Shown: in pieces, positions 51,222 through 64,000 of the stretch
How positions within the stretch are numbered: position 1 is the stretch's first letter
Layout: every line of letters begins with the position of its first letter
Source of the DNA: Chrysomallon squamiferum
Lineage: Eukaryota; Animalia; Mollusca
Assembly (NCBI GenBank): GCA_012295275.1
Contig: CM022678.1
Coordinates: 13,950,001 to 14,014,000 of the forward strand
DNA length: 64,000 bases
Reading direction: 5' to 3'
The notes under the pieces: model-generated
Seen by the model: the letters and a program-made list of their open reading frames with translations, nothing else
Told to the model about the DNA's origin: nothing
Databases searched by the model: none
Program-made: the position numbers and the translations under genes

Positions 51222-52191
51222 TATGTTATTATCATATTCTGTTATGTCCTTGTTTTGACTAACTAAATAAAATAATAGCATGGAAGATTAAAGAATTGTA
51301 TTTGAACACTTGTTAAAAGAAGTATATTTCTAACTGAAGCTATGAGAATAACAGAACCAGTAATATTTTAACATACAAGTAAATATTCTAGAAATTATTT
51401 AAAACCCTATGAAGCTAAATAACAGAAAATAAAAAAAAATAAAAAAAATAACAAATTTAAAAAGAAAAGACAGACACATAAAATTACCAGTTTAAATAAA
51501 GAAATGAATTAATAGAATCAATTTAAATTGAATTATGTTTCAATGAAATGTGATGTTTCTTTATCAACTTATACAAGAAATAACTTTAATGATTTACTTT
51601 TCAAATTTAATTCATGATTATCATTCTGAAAAGCAGATACATGTTAATACTGTATTTCAGTCTAACTATGAAAATAATTACAAATAATTTTCTTTCCTAC
51701 AGAACCCTAAATTTAATTAGTTAAGTAAACATTTAATGGGTAAGTAAACAACTATATTAAGGGGGTAAAAAAAGGAAAATAAATGAAAACAATATATAAA
51801 ATTTCTATAAAAATAAGAAAGAAAAAAGAAAAAGAAATAAAAAGAATAACCAAGAAAGAATGGACACAATTACTTTAGATTTATGGAGTAAATAAAATTA
51901 CTTTATTTTTATTTTCTGGATTTAAAGTGATATCAAAAACAGGCATAAACAGTAAGCTTCATGAATTGTTGCACTTTACTGTAGCAAAAACAACCACTTG
52001 AAAGAGCACGCAATGTATTCCAATTATTATTTGTTTAAAGATACTCTATTATAAGATTATGATCCTGCATTTTGTCTTAAAATGTAATCTGAACTATTCT
52101 CAGGTAATAATATAATAGTAAATATCAAGCATTAATAATTAAACAAATAAAAAACAATCAGTTTTAAATAAAACAGTATGATCAAAATTTA

Positions 52192-52208
52192 AACAACAAC
52201 AACAACAA

Positions 52209-52272
<64 letters not shown>
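52192..52272. repeat. (AAC)n(AAT)n compound microsatellite
   Basis: Short AAC run, then a pure AAT run at 52210-52272. Confidence 0.95.
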
Positions 52273-52273
<1 letters not shown>

Positions 52274-52301
52274 GATGATAATAAGATTAAGATCTATAAT
52301 A

Positions 52302-52724
52302 CAGTGGAACCTCTGGTTAAGAATGCCTCGATTAATTTCCCCGAGTTACATACTACTGTGATGCGCCATGACAAACTTTCTTTTGACATCAACTTTTAGT
52401 AAAGATAAGAACAGATGCTTATGTCTAAACTGAGGTCAAAGTAAGGATTATAGGCATGCCCTATAACAAAGATATATCATGAATTAGGACCTTTTGTCAT
52501 TGATAAGCATTGCAACTCTATAGCTCTTGTACTGTGATTGCTGATTTTATGTGTACATTTTTTTTATTATACCCTATCCAATATGGTGCCCAAGAAAACA
52601 AAAAGTGAAAGCGATAATGCTGGTGGAAAGTATAAACATATCACAGTAGAGTGAGTCTGACATTGCCTTCAATTTATAAACTGAGTTATGGAATGAAATA
52701 TATTTGTAATACGAGGTTCCACTG
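52302..52724 (+). mobile_element. Tigger/pogo non-autonomous element
   Basis: TA|cagtggaacctc ... gaggttccactg inverted repeats (right flank tc); residual MVPKKTKSESDNAGGKYKHITVE resembles a Tigger N-terminus. Confidence 0.75.
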
Positions 52725-55700
52725 TCTAATAAAAGAAACCAGTTAAACACAATTTAAACAGTTAAACCAGTTAAACACAATTTACAAAATGACAGTGAAA
52801 ACATTAAAAAATAGACCTTTGAAATTTACTTCTTTTTTTTACATTTTATTTGAGATTTTTCACTTTTAAATATCATTTCCAGAAAAGATAATAACAGTGA
52901 AAAAAACTAGTGGTGATAAACTGAGTCTGGTATTTTTATCATATATATAAAACAAAATGTGAGCAAATTATTTCAAAACTAGGTTAAAAAAAAAAAGGAG
53001 AAAAAGAATCAAATACTGTTACTGTGATACAAAATATCTACAAATGTCTTTTCTGTTAACTGTTCTTTTGGCCAGTGTTATGACAGAAAGACAGAAATAA
53101 AAATATTGTAACTATGAAAGTACTAAAATATTTCCATCAATTAAAATCTTTGTACTTTGTGTAATTTTTCCAAAACAACTGTTAACTCTCATTTTCAAAA
53201 GTTTATCATAATCACCTGAAATTCTTTAAATCTGCATTTTAAACTGTCCCATTATTTAAAGGAATGTTCTCATTTAAGAACAATTGTAGTTTACTTGAAC
53301 AATACCTCTAAACAAATCCTTATACAATAAAATATTCTCTAAACAAAATTATTTTCAATTTCTCTAACAATTGCTTAACAATGATAGATAATAATAGAAT
53401 GACTTATATTAGAAAAGTTTTTTTAATAAAGTATTGTTTCCTTCATATGTCTTTAAATTATTAGTTGTAGTAGCAGTATAGAATATTGTTTACTAAATGC
53501 ATAATAATAATAATAATAATAATAAATCTTATTTGTGTATAAATGCTTGGTAACAATATTTATATCTTTTCTGAAGAAATGTTTTATATACTTGATTAAA
53601 CTTCTGGATGTGATAATGTTACAAATATGCCGATCACAATGCTCATTTAATACTTAGGCCTATAGTTTTTAGTAATAAATTCTAATAGAATGCTATAAAC
53701 AAATACAAACTGTCTTTATTAATATGGATTGATAATAATAATTTCAGAAAAGAATGCATTTAGAAATAGCCTTTGGCAACAATATACATTTTACTGATAC
53801 TTTTCTTTTAAATATTGCTATTAGCATCTTTTCATTTCTGTATAAAAGTCCTTTAATGGTGATTGTTTATGAAAAACCAATTTTCTAAACTTCGTTCTAA
53901 ACATGCTCTTAAATCCATCATTTCAGATCCAGTACATTTTAAATATAATAACACATTTTGAAATTTATAAAGAATATCTTTAAAAACATTTTCTAATGAT
54001 GAACTTTTAAGATTTTACAGACACACACACACACATACACATATGCATGCATGCACAATTTCTGGACAGAATATCTTTAAACATGGTTGGTAAATAATAA
54101 CATTTCTAATTTCTCCATATATAAATATTTTTCTAAATTATTGTTGATGTTTCAAATATTTGTTGAAATTTTTCTATACATATATCATTTTCTAAAGGTT
54201 TACTTTTAACATATTTTTTTTCTGTACAGATGACATTTTAAAATGGTTGATAATTAAAATCTAATGTAGTATATTAAAATATTATTAGTAAGATACCGAT
54301 TAACTTCTTTACATCAGAACTTTCAGTAAATTGAATAAAAATCACATCTATATGTAAATTATGTTTATAAAAATTAGGTCTGAATAGAAAAGTAATGATA
54401 TACATAAACAATTATCAACTTTTGCATGCAGAGATAAAGCATTTCTTCTGAACATCTGTGGTCTTTTATATTTTTATATACATTATGTACATTATGCATA
54501 CACGGAGTGAGTTGAGGTGGAAACTGTACAGAAGGCGTCCCTGTGCCATACAACAAATTTGTGCCCAATGCAGTATTTTTAAACTAATGGAACTCAGTGA
54601 TGTATCTACAGACATGCTTCCCTTTTACTGAAACACTAATTTCTCTAAATACTTATCTTCAAAAAATTCTATATAGTCCTAGAATAGAAAATCAGACAAA
54701 ACATAAATAACAATAACAGTAATAATGATAAAAATAAAAAATAAAAAAAAAAGAAAGAAGAAGAAACAAACATTTAGTATCAAGGTTTGCATAATATTCA
54801 AAATATCTGTGTTTAATTTAAAAAGACTAGAAATAATAAGGATAAAGAGATCTACACTTAATAAAATTGAAGAAGAGAACTTAATCATATCAAAATGTAT
54901 GTAGTTTTTCTAAACGAGAAAAATCTCTGAAATTTAAATTTTGTTGATACACAATTATTCATCAGAACAGCCATTTAATATTCTAGACAGCTGAAGATTT
55001 CAGTGTCAGTTAAGTCTGCTATTTAGTTTTGACAAATTTGTCATGTCACTGGTTTTGAAAAGGAGTGTCATTAATGCATTAATAACATTTTTATTCATTG
55101 CAGCTTATTAAATAATCATTTACATTCCTCTAAATTATTACATTTAAGCACTTGTGCATTTTGCTACTAATATCATTTTGTTTAACAGATATTTAAACTG
55201 TAATCAGACAAATATTCAAATGAACTGAACTGTGAAATGAAGCTATATCATGAACAAATTCTCTCAAATTAATTTATTGTCAGCACACACACATACACAC
55301 ACAAGCAAAATAATACAGAAGATACCCACCTCTTCCAAACTATCAGTCTATACATTCTGTGAAGTGAAATAAAGAAAAATAAAAGAATTCTTAAGTGGTT
55401 TAAATCAGCTGTTTTGTAAATATTATATAAACAATGTGATGTGTGTATGAACATATAAAAACTGTCTAATCATAGACTGACATTATGCATTGTAAACAAA
55501 AACATGAGAAATTTGTTATCTGGTGTAGTTTTCAGTTCAGTTGGTGGTTGTAGCTCTTTTCTGCTTCTGTTAACATTATAAAACTCTGTACACTTTTAGT
55601 AAGATGCCTCTGTACAAGTACAACATCATTTTTAAAACATTACACGTTAGCAAGATCTCTTAGATCACACATAGGCATAATACCTAATCCCTACAAGCAA

Positions 55701-55832
55701 GTAAACATTCTTTAAATCCATACACTATCAGGAAAATGTCACTGGACAAAGATATGAACTGTTGTCATCATCACAAATGTAAATCAGTATACTTTCAGTC
55801 AGATGATTCATAATTCATATGCCAGTGAATAT

Positions 55833-55907
55833 TCATTTTGTTATAATCGAAACAAAACTTTTTGGAAATAATCCTCTTCTATGTGGTTGTCCTTCAATTT
55901 CTCCATC
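55833..55907 (-). CDS. ASAP: ASAP-type ArfGAP terminal exon (second half of SH3)
   Basis: cttttcacag acceptor; DGEIEGQPHRRGLFPKSFVSIITK*, close to the ASAP1/2 end as recalled (GHIEGQPERKGVFPVSFV). Confidence 0.9.
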   Translation of the reverse strand, partial: DGEIEGQPHRRGLFPKSFVSIITK

Positions 55908-57295
55908 CTGTGAAAAGATGTCAAATTGGTATAAATATAGTGCTGGTATTTTATCTTAGAAAAATAATTTTAAAAATTGTTCTTCCAACTGAAATAAATG
56001 TACTAATAATATATTTTTATTTAACAATTTTTTATGTCAACTTTAATTCATTTCAAACATAAATACTTAAAACTGTGAATATTATTACATGTGACTGAAC
56101 ACATCAAGACAAGCAGTAACATGGGTTTTTTGGTTGAAAAGGTTGATTTTCCAAACTAAAAATGTCATGCTAGTTTACTAATATTTAAAAACAGAAAGAT
56201 ACCATAATTATATCATTTTATTTCTTTAGGATAATACCTGTAAAGACATAATAGACTATATGAAAATTATGAAACAGGGAAATAGGTGAAAATAACAATT
56301 AAATGTTTAAAAATAATAATAATAATAAAAGTAAAAAAATGAAAACAGTCAATTATGCTGAATAAGTAAGTACGTTTGGACATATTTACAAACAACTCCC
56401 ATCTTTATTGCTTAATAGCCATTTGAAAAAAAAATTCTGTAAGGTTATCCATAGTTGTCTGCAGAAAAATTCAAGAATGACACAACTCTTACTGATTACA
56501 AATGATCACACTTTTATATATATAAATATTTAATTATTTGTTTATAGAGAGAACAGGTTATTGAGCAGGTTCATCACATTTGATAAAAATATCACTTGAA
56601 TTACATTTTTTATTATCTTTCCCAAAACTTTAAAATTCTCTTATTCTTTTTGTGGATTTCTGACAACTTTGAAATACAGTATCTTTGTAAATTCTCTTTT
56701 AGTTATCTTCAACATTTTACATCTTTTTATATTTTTGTTTTTTATTATTTTTATTTTATCTGTGATTCTCTATTCGATTAAACAGATTACATCTTTATTT
56801 GCAACTTCTAAAAAAAAAAATCCTTGGCATTGTTACATTTAGTTAATCAAGTAACCTTAGATAACTATAATGCTATTGTAACATAAAGTAAGTTATAATA
56901 TTGCAGAAATGTGTCATTTGGAAGAACCGTATTCATCTCAATGACCACAAAAGATGAAAAATGTGAGATGTAGTGTCCAAAACACATCCTGCCTACTTTC
57001 ACCAAATTCAAATTGTTTTCACTCTGAACTACTTAGGGTACTGATTTTATATGGAATTATGTAGAATTAGAAATCTTAAACTGAATTTTGTCTAAATGTG
57101 TCAAATTATAGATTTATTTAGTTATTAATATATATATATACATATATATATATAATTGATTAATTAGTTTTAATGCTGAAACTGTGTGAAAATATTTCAT
57201 TTAACTTTATTGCTTTTTTATCTCAGCATCTTTTTTCAAAAACTTTCTCTTTAAGAAGCAGTAACTTGATGACCAATATAGCAGTTCTGGTTGGC

Positions 57296-57413
57296 ACTGT
57301 TGTCATCACCACAAATGTAAATCAATATACTTTCAGTCAGATGATTCATAATTCAAATGCCAGTGAATATTCATTTTGTTATGATGGAAACAAAACCTTT
57401 TGGAAATAATCCT
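57296..57413 (-). repeat. Intronic 118-bp partial duplicate of the ASAP terminal exon and 3' UTR start
   Basis: Colinear with 55758-55875, with only scattered substitutions. Confidence 0.9.
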
Positions 57414-57566
57414 ACCTTTCACATTATATTTTTAATTCTAGGTAATTTTACTACTTGTTCCTGATTTTGATGTGTGGAGTCACATATATATATTTTAATG
57501 AATAACAAAACCTTGTTGGAATATAAACTTTTATTTTTTATAAATATTTATTTCTATATTACTTAC

Positions 57567-57698
57567 CCACCACTGCTCCTCTTCTTCACCAATAATTCTG
57601 ATTATCTCCCCTTCTTTAAATGTTAATTCATCATCATTGTCAGCTTCACAGTCATACAAAGCACGGCACAGCTGTCCAACAGCTTTAGAACTTTTAAA
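57567..57698 (-). CDS. ASAP: ASAP-type ArfGAP exon (first half of SH3)
   Basis: ttttttattcag acceptor and TGG|gtaagt donor, 132 nt; [34 protein letters not shown]. Confidence 0.93.
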
Positions 57699-57726
57699 CT
57701 GAATAAAAAATGTATATTTGTTTATT

Positions 57727-57728
<2 letters not shown>

Positions 57729-57810
<82 letters not shown>
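57729..57810. repeat. (GA)n microsatellite
   Basis: Pure run of about 41 units within a 210-nt intron. Confidence 0.97.
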
Positions 57811-57814
<4 letters not shown>

Positions 57815-57908
57815 GTGTATCTGTGCATGAACAAAATAAAAGAAATGAAAGAAAACAGTGCAAACAGATACAGTATGAGACAGACAGACTGACATAGTAA
57901 AGACTCAC

Positions 57909-57994
57909 ATTTGGTTTTGGAGTAACTGGAGGTGGTTCACCAGGTACAGAATCAACTCGGTCAATTGATTTACTTCGAACATTTTTATTTTCTT
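57909..57994 (-). CDS. ASAP: ASAP-type ArfGAP exon (Pro-rich linker)
   Basis: ttctctccag acceptor and AAT|gtgagt donor, 86 nt, phase 1/0; [28 protein letters not shown]. Confidence 0.85.
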
Positions 57995-58332
57995 CTGGAG
58001 AGAAAGAAAAATAATAATTCCTCATTAAATTCTTATTTTGGTAATAAAGAATTCCTAAAATGTTAAGTATACAAAATAACAGTAAAAAGAAAAAAGTCTG
58101 GCTCTTTCCTAATCTATTTTTTTCTGAAGCAAAAATATCAGAAAGATGTGTCTAATTTCACATTTAACAGACTACTTACTTATAACAAAACAAAGCATAC
58201 AAACAATACTGTTTTGCACAATTGTTTAGACCTGAAACTGAAATTTTCTTTATCTGTAATGAGATATTTATTTATGATAATTATTTTCAGTTATTGAAAC
58301 ACCGTTTCTGTCATTAATGATTAACTAATTAC

Positions 58333-58388
58333 CTTTCAAAGCTGAAGTTCTCTGATACCGTGTAGTTCCAGAACTTCTTTGCAGATCA
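58333..58388 (-). CDS. ASAP: ASAP-type ArfGAP small exon
   Basis: gttttttcag acceptor and AAG|gtaatt donor, 56 nt, phase 2/1; DLQRSSGTTRYQRTSALK. Phase-compatible with both neighbours. Confidence 0.7.
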
Positions 58389-59844
58389 CTGAAAAAACAA
58401 ATGTAATATTAATAATATAAATAATTATTATTTTGATAATAATGATAAAATTTCATAGCACTGTGAATTCAGGTAATTTGTGAATTAGATTGTCACGGAA
58501 TTCAATTTGAGTAACTTTAATTGTTACTTCAATCACATCCATTTTTATTATTTTTATACTGTGGAATTGAAATTGCAAAACTTTAATTTTAACTGTAATC
58601 ACATCTGCACTTTTTTTTATTGTTTCTGCCAATTTTTCAACTCCATGGGGTTGTTATAAATGGGCTGACGTTTGGTAATTAAGCAGGGAAGAAAAAGGAC
58701 AAGGCAAGAGCTCAGTCTGGAGGGGAAACCAATGTTTTTTAATGACATTGTCTTTACAGACAAGTATGGTAAGCAATTGTCCTGTGTCAATAACATTTAT
58801 TACACTTAAAATTTTAAGGTTTTAATCTGTCCTCCGTGCAAATTCTTATTTTGTCTTGGTTCCCCCTATGACCTTACTCATATATCATTAAATGTATGTT
58901 TTATGATTGTATAATGTATTATTATCAAGTCACATGTATATCATAATTAAATAATTAACATGAACCTTAACATGAGTTGTGTTTATTTCTCTCTTGGATA
59001 GACAGAATTATTGATTTATATAGATTGCTGGCAATTTAACGTTTATATTCCTTGTTAGGTGGCCATTAAAGCACCTTGTTACCCTAGACCGAGCCTTAGT
59101 AAAAACATCCAAGGTGTTTAATGGTGTGAGCCCCGAGACACAGATACTTCTGGTAATTATGTCTCATGAGCAACAATCATGAAAAAACAAATTTGACTTT
59201 GCTTTGTACCCACATATTACATTTATATTGCATCCACAGTCTACATATCTGAGTTGATCAAATGTATGTTTTTAATGTTATAATAATCAAATGCACTTCT
59301 TGCCCTGCCTTGAAAAAGCTCCATTATCTCTGTAATCAGTATAAATTCAGAATTTGTCTTTCTAAATTTCAAAGCTTATGACAAATTTTTCTTCATCTGG
59401 TTCATTATCTTTTACATCTTCAATAGGATAAATTAATAAGGAAGTACACCTAGTGTATTTTTTTGTTGTTAATTCAAGTGTTATTCCAATATGTAGACAA
59501 ATAAAATGACTGAAACATGGAAATTAGAATCCAGTAGTAACAAATCATTTTCAGAAGAAATGCCTGCAGACCAAATGTAAAATCATTTCTGTTACATCAT
59601 AGACAACTGCTGCTAGACTGAGTTGAGCCAGTTCTTTTCACTAAGGTAATTTAGAAAGTCAAGTATTATAAATTAAAAGGCTTATGAACTGATTTTGAAA
59701 CGGTTACCTGATAAACCAATATGCAATATAATCCCCCACAAAATACATGCCTTGACTACTGTCTTCAACAATTTTCACATTTATCTGTAATATGTTAAAC
59801 AGAGTGAAAAACATATTGATTTAACAACAAATAAAAATACTTAC

Positions 59845-59887
59845 CCACCACTGGCTTGACAATGGAATGGAAGCACCAGTTTTGCAC
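59845..59887 (-). CDS. ASAP: ASAP-type ArfGAP small exon
   Basis: tattatag acceptor and GG|gtaagt donor, 43 nt, phase 1/2; GAKLVLPFHCQASGG. Confidence 0.7.
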
Positions 59888-62846
59888 CTATAATATACAT
59901 ACATACATACATATATATATTATATGTATGCGTGTGTTTTTAATATTAAATTTAGTTTGTTAAAATTTTAATATTGTCAAAATTAAACATATTCAAACTT
60001 ATTTTTCTGGCTAAGAAAATAAAATGTTTGAAGAAAAGAAGTAAATTAACTGACTGAGCTAATTCCATATATGGTTCTGTACTTATTGGAATTTTAATAT
60101 TTTAAATAAATATATATATAAAATACATTTAAAAATGTTATGTTTTCTTAGCTTTTCTTTCTAAATAAATAAAACTGTTTTTATTAGATTTATGATATTT
60201 ATTTATTCATTCATTTTGTTTATCTGATTAAATATATTAACTGAAGGTGAAATAAGTAAATTAAAAAAATCAAAACAACAAATACAAACATATTAATAAT
60301 TATTATATTTCACTTTTGGTTTGAATGTAATATTATATATTTAATATATTTAAGGGTTCAGCTTGCTCAGCTAGCAAGGAGTCATGGTGCTGATTAGCCA
60401 TTATTCACTCAACTATAATAAGAGTGTGAAATCAGTTATATCCTGCACAGCCTTGTTCTACTGAAAAAATTGATACATTCAGTAAATGTGATATTATTAC
60501 ATAATGAAACCTTACAAAATACAAAAAACCTTGAAAAGATCAGACATTGAACCAAATACACCCGAAGCCAGAATATCACAGCAGACCATAGTCTACTGAA
60601 ATTCTGTACAATATGTGTGACGCTGGAGATGGCATTGGATGTACTACACATTAATACACATCTATGTATACTGGAGATGTCATCATACTAACACCCCATA
60701 ATCTGGTACTTGATCACAGCTTATCTAATCTGTCTTGGCCTCTCTTTTTCTGCAACACTTTCACCTACCCACAAAGACAGTGAATCAGGCCCATATTTAA
60801 AGTCCAGAAAACTAATCAAAAATATATTAATCATTATCATCACTCAGCTGTTGAGTCACCCAGCTGAGAGGCAAGCCACATCATCACTGACATGCAGAAT
60901 GATCCAGGTCTAAGTGATTAATCTATATGCGACAAACCATTTAACCAGAAGAGGTCTGGATTTTTTATACAGGTTAAACCTTCACTTAAAATATCAAATA
61001 GATAGATACAAATTAATATACTTCTAAAGCAGGGTCCTGTTTCATCTTTATTAATTCACTTAAACATCTTAAAATATAGAAAGGATAGAATATGCTTTTC
61101 ACTAGCAACTTGTGTTTCTGCTCATCTTTTAGACATGATAATAAATGAATATTAACAACTTATTGTGAGAGGATCACCAATACTCAGCAACACTCATCTG
61201 AATTAATTAATGTGCTAATGCAAAAATAGCCAGTTTGAAAAAAGCTTATTTTCAAGATTTTTCCATATTTCTGGAAACTAGATAAATGGTTCAGTTCCTG
61301 TATATTATACTGTTGATTAGGTCAATACCTAATTTAATAAAAAAGAAAAAAAACATTATTTTGAAGGAAATGTTTTCATTTTCAAATGAGATTACTTTAA
61401 ATCTTCTTGTGTGAATGGAGAAACCACGGGATGGCAGAAACAAAAACCAAGTGTATTTCTCATTTGAAATGGTATGATTTGTAAAAAAAATAATTTAAAA
61501 TAAATTGCCTACTTTCATCAAAAAAAACAACAACAAAAAACAACAACTGTGCACTGGAAAGAGGAAAAGTTGCTCTTTATTGAGGTACACACTGCATTCA
61601 CCTTTGAACAAAAGTTTATCTGTGCTGAGCCAGGAAAAGATAACAGTTTTCAACTGATTCAGATTTGCAGGTAGCTGCACAGAGCTGATGCCAGTAATAT
61701 ATGATATACTATAATGATTAATACTACTGTTCTTTTTATTGTTTTTTATTTTAAATTTTTATTTATTCTATTGTACCTTCATTTACCATAAAATATAATC
61801 AAATAAAATAAATAAGTAAAAAACACCAATACTTACAAATATCATTTTCTAATCCTTCCATCATATAATATTTTTCATGAAAAGATTATGCACTAAGACT
61901 AAATGACTGTACACAGCAAAAACCGAAGCACACATGAGAGTGCACACATGAAACTATGATCTAATACTTACATACATTTGCTACATAAATAAAACTGCAC
62001 AATATATAAAATGCTAATAAAGTGTAAAACAGCACAAGTTTATATGTGATGTTATTGTGTAATAAACATATTTGTTTTCATGCAACAAATCATATCCAAA
62101 TTTATGTTATTTCAGGACATTTAAAATGCTAAATAATGCAATTAATAAATGGAAATAAGAGAATATTGTATTCATTTTAAAAATTAAATGTATATAGATT
62201 TAGAATGTCTGTTTTAGTGTGAGAGAAAAATGAAAAAGCAAGTACTAGTACAGCACTATATCAGATTAGAATTTGTCATTTATTTACTATAAAGTTAAAG
62301 ACATCAGATATTTGGTGATATTATTCACAAGTGTTGTAAAATGTGTTAAGAGTTTAATATTCTACCCAGCTAGACTACGTGCACAAAAGCAAAACTTGAA
62401 AGGTAAATGTATGTATATATTATGTATTTAAGAAAGATATACCATTGGAATCAGTTAATTCTGAAATTTAAGTGCAATACATATTAAATAAAAGATATTT
62501 TTTAAAAACTTCGATATATCTTTTTATTTTTAATTATTTATTTTTCTAGTTTAAACATTCAGCTCAGTAAGAAAAAATATACTAAAACTTAACTATTGTT
62601 ATTCATAAAATCTGAAATGTAAACATTTCATTTCAAATTTTGAACTGTGAAGCTTAAAATTGAATTCTATCACAAACAACAAAAAAAGATATATTAATAA
62701 ATGAATATCCTTATTTTTTAAATATTTACTATTTATATATATTACTAACTGAAGAAAGTTAGTAATAAATCTTAAAGAGAATAAAATTTAATAGGGAATT
62801 TTAATATATTAAAAAAAACTAAACAGAGCTCCCTATGAAAACCAAC

Positions 62847-63161
62847 CTGTAGGAATGCTGATAGTATTGCGGAAGTCAGGGGGGGCACCTGGGCGAGGGG
62901 GAGGTTCCGAAGCTGTTCTCTTGTGTATAAGATAGGAAACATCAGGCTCTGACTGGTTTCGGGTATGACCAGAACCTGTACTTGTTGGGGGAGGAGGAGG
63001 GGGAGGTTTTTTGCTTCTAGGAGGCAGAGGTGGGAGAATCTTGCTCAACTCAGTATTGTGACCTGGACCTTCTTGATGGTTTACATTTGATGTCTGTGAC
63101 TGTGCATTTGTATTGCTGTTGGTACTGTGACTGCTGGAGTTCACCAAGCTGGTGTTTAAAC
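62847..63161 (-). CDS. ASAP: ASAP-type ArfGAP proline-rich exon; gene continues beyond the window
   Basis: ttcagtttcag acceptor and CAG|gttggt donor, 315 nt, phase 1/1; PPLPPR, KKPPPPPPP and HKRTASEPP match ASAP motifs as recalled (PPLPPRN, HKRTLSDPP). Confidence 0.85.
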
Positions 63162-64000
63162 CTGAAACTGAATAGTGAGACACATTGTGATTTCCACATT
63201 AAATCATTTCAGTGTCTTTCATTTTTTGTTTTTTAACCTAAAATTTCAGCCACTTGGAATTAGTATTTCCTTGTGTCTTTTATTTATTTTTTAACGATTT
63301 CTCTCTCTAAACTTTCTTTCACCTTTCATTCATATCTTTGGGTGATCTACTTACCAAGTTAAAAAGATGGATATAAAGTCTTTCTAATTTCATTGTTTTT
63401 TTTTAGATTTTGTTAAGGCTAATGCTATAATTCAACAATAAATAATTTATAAATCTCCTATTAAAGCAACTTAAAAAGCCTTTTAAACATATTTAGAGAG
63501 ACTTTGCAAATTTTATTAATATGTATCCTGTTCCTTCATTTTTCTTTGTTTCCAAAATTACACTTCTTCTATCCCTATTGATAAAATAATTCTTATAGAT
63601 AACATAAATTATTTTTGGCAAAAATTTCTTCTTACCAATCAATCAAATATCATTGTATTTGTCACACCAAAAGTATTTTGAATCATGATGTCATCTGTAA
63701 CAGTCCCCTCCAGAAAATTTTGGTTTAAAAAGCAAATCCATTTTTCCGTTATATACATTTATTTTAAATATATTAATAATAATATGTGAAAAATACAAGT
63801 AAAAAAAAAATAAAATGGGCAAATTTTTAACTCATATGTAAAAAAATTCCAAAGGATGAGAGAAATAAACATTATTTTTTTTTTAGTTTCGCTGTTGTGT
63901 ATTTTTAAGCTTGAGATATATTTGACAGAAACTGTACCAGCTGACATATGTATCAATAATGTCACTGCTTACTGGATTTATTCAAATCCTTAATGTGACC

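Noticed and set aside
57531-58025. 164-aa ORF with a poly-(LS) tract
   Set aside because: Reads through a 210-nt intron containing (GA)n; the real exons are 57909-57994 and 57567-57698.
60355-60445. tRNA/SINE-like start (gctcagctagcaaggagtcatggtgct)
   Set aside because: No B box and no cloverleaf; no tRNA or rRNA gene could be supported anywhere in the window.
63355-63383. Candidate ASAP micro-exon with a gtaagt donor
   Set aside because: The phase needed to join the 63161 acceptor contains a TAA stop.

Overview
AT-rich, intron-containing animal DNA, probably a lophotrochozoan such as a mollusc (inferred from the receptor type and repeat content, not proven). Four genes can be read by hand. 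(1) A class A peptide/FMRFamide-receptor-like GPCR with an intronless CDS (+, 1203-2327). (2) A complete six-coding-exon REC114 meiotic double-strand-break gene (-, 9794-21560, 225 aa) that the ORF track almost entirely misses. (3) Head-to-head with it, a four-exon mitochondrial fission factor gene MFF/Tango11 (+, 23246-31937, 217 aa). (4) The last six coding exons of an ASAP-type ArfGAP/SH3 gene (-, 55833-63161), which continues beyond the window. Between MFF and ASAP is a layered repeat block: a decayed ~43-46 bp minisatellite interrupted by an internally deleted Buster-type hAT element, then a ~7.7 kb CpG-rich 169-bp satellite array (~45 copies) with higher-order structure, then decayed ~330-bp units that look like the satellite's ancestor. 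Introns and intergenic DNA hold mariner, Tigger/pogo, piggyBac and hAT-like remnants and degenerate telomere-like tracts. The most speculative lead is a hammerhead-like three-helix arrangement with a non-canonical core on the minus strand of the 169-bp monomer. All coordinates were counted by eye and no database search was run.
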